This document shows positions 1 through 9,400 of a DNA stretch of 12,611 bases, piece after piece (position 1 is the first letter of the stretch; every line of letters starts with the position of its first letter). The stretch comes from Vitrella brassicaformis CCMP3155 (taxonomy: Eukaryota; Protista; Chromerida): the NCBI GenBank assembly GCA_001179505.1, contig CDMY01000893.1, positions 1 through 12,611 on the forward strand. Reading direction: 5' to 3'. The position numbers and the translations under genes were made by a program. Below the pieces are notes generated by a model, which ran no database searches, was not told the DNA's origin, and worked only from the letters and a program-made list of their open reading frames with translations.

Positions 1-243
1 CCTACATGGACTCTCCACAAAATCCACAGACCTTACGTTGCATTGACTTAATCCTTTATCCGGGACTGACCGCCCGGCAGATCCTCTCTTCACCATTCTC
101 CCCGACTCTCTCCCCCCTATTCTGACACAAACACCAAAGACACACACACAACACACACACACATGCACGTCAACAGTAGAATGGCGGCATGCTGAATAGC
201 CGTGGTAGGCCATTCTCAGATAGGGCTGAAGCTCCCTACTCAT
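1..243 (-). CDS. Possible 5' end of a hypothetical spliced gene running off the left edge (MSRELQPYLRMAYHGYSACRHSTVD|NRGERVGENGEERICRA|...)
   Basis: Minus-strand exons 243-169 and 121-71 are joined in phase 0 by GT-AG introns 168-122 (GTGCAT..(GT)n..TCAG) and 70-2 (GTCAGT..GTAG). No recognisable domain, so this rests on splice signals and phase consistency only. Confidence 0.3.
   Translation of the reverse strand, partial: MSRELQPYLRMAYHGYSACRHSTVDVHVCVCCVCVFGVCVRIGGRESGRMVKRGSAGRSVPDKGLSQCNVRSVDFVESPCR
140..163. repeat. Interrupted (CA)n microsatellite
   Basis: acacacacacaacacacacacaca read directly from the sequence. Confidence 0.9.
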
Positions 244-877
244 CAGCTGAAATCAGGTGGTCTGCAGGCGTTCCCACCCGTACCCACCCATAGCTTTCTG
301 TACTCACACCATGGCTGGAGGTTCTTTTCGAGTATATACTCCTTTGTATGATATTTCTACCGAGCCGATATATTATCATGTCTTTCTATTATTTGTGTGA
401 CACTTCATCTACTCTTTCGATAGTCAGCCGGCCAGAAATCAAGCGACAGGAGACAGCGATTGACGAAGCGACAATGCGCCCTCCTTTTCGACGCTCGTAC
501 GCCTCTGTAAATTTGTTTTTGCATTGGTAATGTTTGAGGAGTTTTTCTTTCGGGTGTCTCTGTATGTGTGGGCGTGTCAAGGAGGAATCAGACCCGATGA
601 TCGAATGTCTGAGTTGCGTTACATTCAACTAAATTAGTGCTTGACAATACAGATGCGGGTCTTTCGGTGCAGCTCACATCTTGAGAAAAATAATCGCTCA
701 CGCATTCGTATACCAAAAGGAAAGGATCGTCCTCACACATACCGGCCGCATAAATAGTCCAGTCGAGCCAAGGAAGGCAGCCACCCACGAACAGAATACA
801 ACCCACCCAAACCCCCCACCCTCACAAATACCGACATCTCCCCTACCCGATGTCCCCGCCCGCCTTCCATCAATGCA

Positions 878-3404
878 TCACTCAGTCGCCCCTGACCCGC
901 CCGCCAACTTGGCCCACTGTCCCTTGAGCAGGTCATGTACCAGTGGATCCATGTTGTACATTGCGCTGTGTCCACGAGAGGAGACGAGCTGATTGCCCTC
1001 TCCCCAGGGGCATAGCTGGCCCATAAGAGACTCTTTCCCCTCTCCCTTCAGAGAGCTGCTGGTGAAGGGGTTCCGGCACCAAGAAACAGGGTCGCTGGGC
1101 GCAAAGTGGGACACGAGAAAGCAGAGGTAACTGCACGAGTGAGCCATGTCGCTCTGCAGCGGCCCAAAGTCTCTGCCGACGTCTTGTTGCTTGATGACGA
1201 CCCTCCCCTTCCAGTCCGTGTATTGCCACACTTCTTTGTATGCAGACAGCAGGCCGTCGAGCAGACCGCTCCTGCCACCCTCATTACCATCAGCATCATC
1301 ACCACTGCTGTCGGCGGCCTTGAAAGTTGTGTCCGCGAGACCGGGGGGCGAGGTGCACGGCAGCTCCAGACTGCACGGACTCATTGTGATCTGTGGGTCA
1401 GGGGAGCGCAAAGGTGAATGTGTCTTGATGTGTCTTGATGTGTCTGGATGTGTCACGTACCGCATCATGTTCGAATTCTATGGACCTGCACACACATGGA
1501 GAGACGTTAAGACCAACGCATATGTATCTCTCTCTCTCTCTTCATGTCTTCCGACCTGGCGTTGACGAGCTGAGACAACAGAGCCACAAAATGCCGATCC
1601 CCTCCTCTTGGCGAGCCGTAGCCAACAAAGTCGACCCGAGGCGCATTGTCGATGAAGGCCGCCGCCAAGCCCAAGGACACAAAGCTGGCCACAACGCCTC
1701 CCAGACTATGGCCGGCGACGACCACCCTTTGAAGCGCGCCAGAGGCAACTCGAGGCTCAAGAAGGGAGAACAAAAAAGGATAGATGGCCTTGTAGATAGA
1801 GTAATAACCGCTTCGGACTCCCCCGTTCGCACTGGCCTTCGACTCCCCTAAGAAGGGCAGAAGGGCGTCGAGCAGGCCCGTCAAGCTCTGGAGCGATGGC
1901 TCGTCGAGTAGCTTCTTCTGCTTCACGTGGCGCTCAAGTCGGGCCGCTTCCTCGGTGGTGAAGAAGTCCACCTGGTCCGTGGCTGCGGCCAGACGATAGT
2001 CCGTCGCAGAGATACTCCCCCTGACAACGATGAGCACCTGCACGCATGGATACACCGTACACATGCCAGCGGGTCAGACATTGGAGAGGGAGGCCATACC
2101 GAACTTCCGTCGTCCTTCTCCACAATCCACAGAAAAGGCGATATCCCGTGTGGACTGGAGGGTGTTTCAGCTGACGGTGCGACCAGACACGACAAAAGAG
2201 AGTCTCTCTGTTTTTCCCCATTCGCCCCTGGCTTTTCTCGCAAGCACACGCCTGCGCACGTACCCGGCTGTTCGATGTGCAGCACATCCACAGTGCTCCA
2301 GCCGTCCATGGGCTTGTCATCCAGCTCCCACCCCTTCTCTTCACCGCAGTTGGTCACCGCATAGAGATTGCGTATCAGCCTTTGTTTCACCAGACACCAC
2401 ACACACAATGCGACCTCCGATCGGTAGAGATACATCCTGCTTCCCTCACCTGAAGAGGATGTAGTAGGCCAAGCCCTCTCTGGCCACGACATCATGCGGG
2501 ATGATGTCAGGGATCGCGCCAGACAGGTCGTCCAAATGAATGTCTCCATCCCAGTCGGACGGCAGGGTTGGCTTGCGAGGCCCGATGACGCCCGGATGCT
2601 TCAGAATGTCCTGATACGTCAAAGATGACCACTTACACCCGACCGCTGCGGCAATGAAAACACAGGCATTGATGAAGAGCATGCTGAACGCCCCCCTTCC
2701 CTCTTGTGCGTGGCATTCCATACATTCGATGCCGCAACTAAAGGCCTGACAGATTCCTGGTACGTTAGCAGGGTTGGTGATGCGCTGCTTGGCTACACAG
2801 GAGCATATCAAATCGAACTTGCTGCAGAAAGGACGAGAGCAAGCTCATACAACATGGTCGCGACAAAGAAAATGCATCAACCTTCGGCCTGGCCCCTCTG
2901 TCTTCAGCTAATGCATGATGCTCACCGTCGCAAATCAAAGACAGCTTCTGGCTGCGTGGTCGACTCTTCGCCATGGCCGCCATCCACCCCCCCTGAGCCC
3001 TCTCCCTCCTTCCAAGGCTTGAGCAAGGCCCCCTTGGTGACACACTTGGACACCTAAACAAAGCAAGGAAATGTCAGGCCAGGGAATGAAGCCACACAGG
3101 AAGAAGTGCAGTACTGCTTCCTGTTTGCACCTCCATGGCCGGCCTGGCGATCCCTGGGGCACTGAAACAAGTTAATAACTCGCCTGTTTCTGCCGAGGCG
3201 CCGCACTGCAAAGGCGGGGACGGGAAGCTCTCCGAGCTCTCCAGAACGACCTTGGTTAGTGCGAGGAGGCCTGCAGGCAGCCACAGAGAGGAGAAGCTTT
3301 TGTTCGTTGACTTTCCCTTTTCCTCTCTTGTTTTCCTTACCAGCTGGAAGCTGCGCCAGCAACAGGCACGCAAAGGAAAGCACGAGGCCTGCCATAGATT
3401 CCAT
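878..3404 (-). CDS. Secreted class-3 lipase (Lipase_3, alpha/beta hydrolase), ~610-636 aa
   Basis: Hand-spliced exons: 3404-3341, 3270-3131, 3053-2926, 2821-2450 (probably split by a 78-nt intron at 2723-2646), 2379-2264, 2170-2100, 2037-1556, 1485-1461, 1390-878. All introns are GT-AG with matching phases, totalling 1911 nt = 637 codons without the extra intron. N-terminus MESMAGLVLSFACLLLAQLPAGLLA is signal-peptide-like. Motifs: VLIVVRGS, VVVAGHSLGG (GHSLG at 1713-1699), YGSPRGGD, EHDA (candidate catalytic Asp 1466-1464), MAHSCSY (candidate His 1141-1139). The exon-2 donor (GTGCAA at 3130) is the least certain. Confidence 0.9.
1421..1454. repeat. 10-bp tandem repeat (tgtcttgatg) x ~3.4 inside lipase intron 1460-1391
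   Basis: tgtcttgatg tgtcttgatg tgtctggatg tgtc. Confidence 0.9.
1527..1541. repeat. (TC)n microsatellite in lipase intron
   Basis: tctctctctctctct, inside intron 1555-1486. Confidence 0.85.
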
Positions 3405-3482
3405 TTCGGAGGGCCCGTACAGTGCGCGTAAACTTCTGAGAAAAGGCCCCCATCAGCCCCCACCCCGCCCGAAAGACTCGAT
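3405..3482. promoter_or_regulatory. 78-bp interval between divergent start codons (candidate bidirectional promoter / overlapping 5' UTRs)
   Basis: Lipase ATG at 3404-3402 (minus) and transporter ATG at 3483-3485 (plus). In-frame upstream stops are at 3429-3431 for the plus gene and 3455-3453 for the minus gene. Confidence 0.5.
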
Positions 3483-6400
3483 ATGGTGTTCCGGGATTTC
3501 TTCGGTCGGATAGAGGACGCGTTCGATCGCCTTGTCAGGTTCTACTGTCGCGGGCTGCAGCGCTACCCATGGCCGCTGTTCATCTCGTGAGTGGCAGGCA
3601 TCCAATGAAAGACTCACACTCTCAGACTGATCCGCTTACTTTCTGGATGGGTGCAGAGCATGTTGCATCCGTGTCCTTTTCAGGTAAAAGAATCACCCCT
3701 GCCTGCCTACCTACCGGTTGTGTCTGTGTGTACATCTGTCCCTTCCGGCATGCAGTGGGCTCGGGGCTGTTCGGATGGGACTGTCAGGTGAGTGGAAGAG
3801 GTCGAGCTGCGTTCGGACAGGCATGCTGGCGGTGTTGAATCACCACACAGTGTGTGGATGTCTTGTGTATGGATATATATGGACAGACTCAACTCAATAC
3901 GATTGGATTATTGCGTCGTCCCAGGTATGGCAGTAAGCAAGAGAGCACATCGACACAATGACTTCCGATTACGTTCCAGGCCAGCAAGAACCTTGACGCG
4001 TTGGTGGATGCCCAAAAGCGAGTGGATCAACCGGCGGGAGGCTCGGGGGATGACGCAGATCCAGGTCAAGCAGTGAGGGGTAATCTAGTCACCAGATGGT
4101 ATCGGTGTGCCTGTCTTCCTTGCAGAGCGTTCTGAGACAGCGCACACAGTCACATTTGTCTACAGTCACAGAAATAGTAAGACGAAGACCACCATTTTCA
4201 CGCCTGAGGTCAGCCAGAAGATGAGCTGACGCATTGGCGGCCCCGGTCAGTTTCCTTGGCTTATGCGGGGGGGTCCATTTCAGCTGCTCCAACAAATGTG
4301 CGAGGTGGAGAGAGTCTTTACGACACACAAAGACTGGCCGGACAACTGCGTGCTTGACCAGGACGACAAAACCCAATGCGCATTCCCAAGTGACCGCAGG
4401 CGGGAAGGATAGGAGGAAGGGAGATATGCATGGGCGGGCGCACGTCTGTGCTGTCTCGTCAGGTCGTTCGGTGGTGGGACTCTTCTACGGCACTGACGCA
4501 GTGGACTATGATAACTGTCCTCGACTGGACTATTCGGTCGTCAGTGCACGCGAGAGATTCCTGTATGACAACCTCACCACCAGCGAAGGCCTGCTTTCAA
4601 TGGGTTTCTTCGTCGATAACGTATGGGCCGCCATACATTATCATAGTGGGCGGGCGCTGAGATGGTGTGGGTGCTTTGGCTGTGTGATGACATCAGGGAG
4701 TCAAAATAGGGACGACAGACACGACAGGTGCTGCTCGGAATACGAGGTCGTCCTTGTCCACTGGGTAAGACTTCTAAGTGGGCTCCGACTTAACCGAACA
4801 TCGCACGATTGTGGGTCTTGGCAGGGGCCCGCTCGAAGGATACGACAGTCTTGACGACGATCAACCAAGTCAATGGACCGAGGTAGGGATGCTGCTTTGA
4901 CAACCTGGCGTCAGTGTGCGTTTTGGTCTGCATGTGCCTGCCTTCTCCTGCATGTCCGCCGATCCGTTGCAGCACGTCAAATTCATCAGCAAGGTGGAGC
5001 TGGATCTGCTGAAGCTCTTCGGCAAAAAGCCGCAGGGTGAGTACTGAATCAACATACATGGACATACAGAAGATACACACACACACACACACGTCCCGTC
5101 CTTTCTTGTCTGCCACCTTTGCCCCAAGGGCCGTTTGAGCGCTCAGGTCCGACACGACAGAAATCCTCTGACATGACAACTCCTCCCTTTATTCGTTGTC
5201 TGTCTCGTCCCACCCACACGCGCCTTATCTTCACACACGACCTCCTGACTCTCCGCCACTTACCCGCTCCCACTGCCATCCTCAATCTCCACGCACCTCA
5301 AACGGCCTACAGTGTATCGAGACCCGTTGATCTACAAGGACCTGAGAGTCAGATGGTACAGACAATCGGACAGCCTGGGACAGGGATGGCTTGTCAATTA
5401 TACACAGAGCCTCAACGCATTTGTTCGCTATGCTTTGAATCAGGTTTGGGTCCATTGGAGAGGCACGTCAATCAAAGTACACGCGGACATAAGAACTAAA
5501 CGACCAGCCAGACAGAAAATGAACGGCCTGTCTGTCTGTCTGTTTGTCAGGTGGAGTTCACTCGTCAATTGTGAGCTTTTCTCAGCGTTTTCACCAGTGT
5601 TTATCAGCCCCTGTCTGTCTGTCTGTCTGTTGGTTTTGCTGCATTCGTCTGTGTCCACCGATTCATGCATGGCTGTTTTCAGCATGAACGACATCTTCGG
5701 AGCAGTGCTGTCAATCATCTTCGCGGGCATCTGCATAGTACGTTCTCTTCCACAACATTGGACATGCACACGACCATGCACGTGTCCTTTTCATCTTTGT
5801 GCTCAGTTCGCATACACGAGGAGCGGCTTCCTCACATGCGTCGGCATGATGTATATGGATATTTGATGCTACGGCTGCCTGCGTCGGCCGTGTCTGACTA
5901 TGCGTCTCAAGCAATGCAGTCCTGACCGTTTGTCTGTCTGTGCCGCGCAGATCCGCTGCTCTCTACCGTCGGCGTTCTTCTTCTACTACTGTCGGTGCCT
6001 GACCAATCCGCTGGAGCATATCTGTGCAAGCAATCCTGATTTTTGCTTCGTCTCCTGACTGTGCAGATGTGTTCAACATGTTCGGCGAGCACACGAATAT
6101 ATATAAATGGACATGATTTCGTGTTCTGTTTTCTCGAAACGTCATTCACGGCCGTCCACGATGTGCCTCTTGCTTATCTGTCGCAGCACCTACTTCAACA
6201 CAGTCGTGACTGTCACGATCTTCGTTGTGTTGGGCGTCGGAGCAGGTACTTGAGGCGTTTGTCCACGTCATCTGCATCCCTGTCTTGTGTGCTGCATGCA
6301 GATAATATCTTCGTTCTCGTGGACGCCTGGCGGGCCTTCCATGCCATTGTCGATATCGAGGTGTAGCAAATCGAAGCACACACTCTATCTTTTTAGCGTG

Positions 6401-9400
6401 TGCATCTGTGTGCTCTTCAGGATCGCGTCTTCTTCACCGGTTCGAAACCACACTTTTGGAAAAGATATTCAACTAAGGAGAACACTGGATTGTGTCCGTG
6501 TGCATTGATCACTGCCAGTCGATCGGACAATCAAGGCTGTCTTCAACACGGTGAGACCACTGACGTTCGCATAGAATCTTTTCTCATCCAGACATATCAA
6601 AACAGGCCTTCACGACTTCTGTGGCGTTCTTTGCAACGGGTGTCTCCGCGATCATGGTGGGGACAATGAGATAAGTCGCACACATCTGCAATGCGCCTGT
6701 GGTCTGATCAGCCCATCAGATCTTTCGGCATCTACGCCGGTTTGTGTATAATAATGAATTATCTGGCGGTGAGAGCCCGAACAATCGCCTTGTTGGCAGA
6801 CAAAACGCTGATTTCTCGCGTCTCTGCTGGCAGCTGATCTTCGTGACACCGCCTGCTCTGGTGTTGTGGCAGCAGTGTTGCGAGTTCATGCCTTGACATA
6901 CATATCACCGTGCGACGGATCTCACCCTTCGTGTGTGTGCTTTTGTAAGGCGCGCCATTTCTGCTGCTTCGGCACCACCAAGAAGCTCGAGGCCACCAGA
7001 CGCAGACGCGAAGCCTCCATTGCCCCTCCGGGTACGAATGGAGTGATTGACATCGCCCCCCAGACAACGCAAGACGTCAACAACGCTGATGGCAAGCCGA
7101 CTGCCGGCAATGAGGAGACGGGAATCGACCACGACGTGGAGCAGGGGAAGGGCACCGACAATCCTGGAGTTACGGTCAAGGCTGTCGCGACCAATGCTGT
7201 CGCATACACGGAAGAAGACAATGACACGGATAAGGACATTGTCAAGGACAATGGCAAGGCCAACGACCTGGGTGGTGATGAGCAGGACCGAGTTGAAGTG
7301 TTCGAGTATGACGTCCACAATGCACCCGACTTGGATGACGCTGAGGTGCGTGCCATCAACTGTGGGGCATGCCAGCAACCACACAACCATTGGTGTCGCT
7401 GCATTTGGTGTGCAGAAGCGTATAATGCTAGGGTGGGGCTACGTGCTGATGTCCAAGTACTACATTCCTCTCATGAAGATAGAATGGGAAGGCATCAAGT
7501 AGGAACGGCAACATGACTGCTCCCAAAAGCCTCGCCTCCACTAAGAAAGGCATTCCACTGTCGCTTCTTCATCGCAGAGTGGTGGCTTTGGCGTGCATTC
7601 TCATTCTGCTCGCCCAGCTGGGTCAGAGCCTGTACCATGCAACTCTCCTGTCGCCCCCAACCAAGCAGGTAAGACGCCGTGACCCACTGCATTTGCCCTG
7701 CTGTCCGGCCATGTGCACCGGCCTCTTTTCAGGAAGAATGGCTGCCTGACGATCACATGTGAGAGACAAAGCACACAAACGACCTGCCGGAAGGGCGCAA
7801 CGGAAGGCTTTTATGTGTTCATGCTTGTGTGTGTAGGTACCAAGGTGTGTGAGTGAGACAGACAGGCTGACCCAGATATGGATAAGTCGGCGCTGGGAGA
7901 CTCCAGCGTATGTGTCTGCCGGTGCATGGACGAGTGTGTGTGTTGAATGACTTCAGTGGTGCACGACTTCCTTCGAGACAAGTTCTCCACCAGCGATGAA
8001 GATGACTTGGTCAAGGTGGGCAGGACCGAGACACATCAGATGTCTCCCTTGCAGGACCTGCACTTTATCTTCCTTGTAGATCACGATGACGTGGGGCATC
8101 AAAGTGGGTAGACCTCGCTGTGACCGCAACGCTCCTTCTCTCTGTGTCTCAATTTGGGGCCTGTCCCCCTCTGATGTCTCCCTTTTGCCATACGCTACCA
8201 GGGCATTGACAGGTCGGGGTATCGCTTCTTCAAGCCAGGTATGTGTACACCTTCTCTCGTTTAGACGTACACGTTTGTGTTTTCATCGTGCTGCAGGCGA
8301 AAACCGGGGCAAGGTGAGATGGGTGTACGGGCAACTTGTGGAGTGATACATTGCCCTCTCGGTGAATTGTATGTGGAAGGCTATCTTCGACTCGGGCTTC
8401 TCGATCGAGACCAGCGAGATGCAGGTGTCTGGGGGGAGCGAGGGAGGCACGCCTCTTATCACGAGTGTCTCTCTGCTCCTCTCTGCGTATGTGTATTTTG
8501 TTCAGGAGTTGGTGGCGTGGACGTGTGAGCAAATCCCAAAGGAGATATGCACAGCGGAAGGATGCGACCACCCTCAAGGTACGCCATCTATTAGAGTGAC
8601 AGGTTGGCCCAGGTCGATCGTCCCTTGCTGTGATCCACTTTTCTGCTGCCCGTCCACGCAGATCGGCTGGCCTATAATGGAACGATCAAGTGCCCAATGA
8701 TCCTAATACAGGAGGAGTACGTCTATCAGCCCGGCATCCACGGGGGGTCGAGAGCATTTGGATATGCCGTGTTGTCTGTTCTTCCGTATGTCCCATGGCA
8801 CCAGGAACGGAGGCATGTTACCGAACGCAAGTGCCACGCTCGACCGGCTCAACGAGTTGCAGCAGAGCGATCCCGACTTTAACGTGAGCCGAACAGATCG
8901 TCTGGGTTTTCATTTGGGCTTTCCTTGTTTGTCTGTGTGTGAAGGAGCTGATTGGCAGAGTGGATGGCAAGATCCGATTCATGTCCGTAGAATTCGATTC
9001 ATCGCTCAAGAGAGCCTCGGTCCTCTCGGTCAAGGAGCCAGTTCGTGACCGAATCGATGAGTTCATTGACAAGTAAACGACCTACGAGGCACAGGCAGAC
9101 GCGCAATGCGTGTGTATGTGTGTAAAACACTATACAGGGTGGTGCGTCAGGGCCGCAACGATGGCGCTACCCAGGGCCGTTTGCAGCAGACGGCTGGCGG
9201 AGAGTGGGCAGGATGGCAACGGAGCGTGGTGAGATATCCAATCTACATCCATCCACACATCGGTCATTCAAGCTTGTCTGGATGTTCGTGTTGGGGTGGG
9301 GCGGTGCTAACGAAATGGGGACTGATCCATCAGGGCTTGTGGAAGGCATGTTCACAGGTGTGGAAACGATCCATCCATCCATCAATGGGAGCAATTGCTT

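Noticed and set aside
221-246. Hammerhead ribozyme (CTGATGA plus stem on the minus strand)
   Set aside because: No GAAA core follows the stem, and there is no stem I/III arrangement.
348-877. Short ORFs between the edge gene and the lipase stop codon
   Set aside because: No motifs or consistent splice structure; more likely lipase 3' UTR and intergenic DNA.
1923-2549. 208-aa minus ORF as a separate protein
   Set aside because: It strings together two lipase exons and stop-free introns.
4234-4854. 206-aa ORF as a standalone gene
   Set aside because: Only 4463-4620 is coding (one transporter exon). The rest is intron or out-of-frame exon read-through.
6905-7404. Antisense ORFs (161 aa, 160 aa) opposite the large exon
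   Set aside because: Expected shadows of a GC-rich low-complexity coding exon, with no independent motifs.
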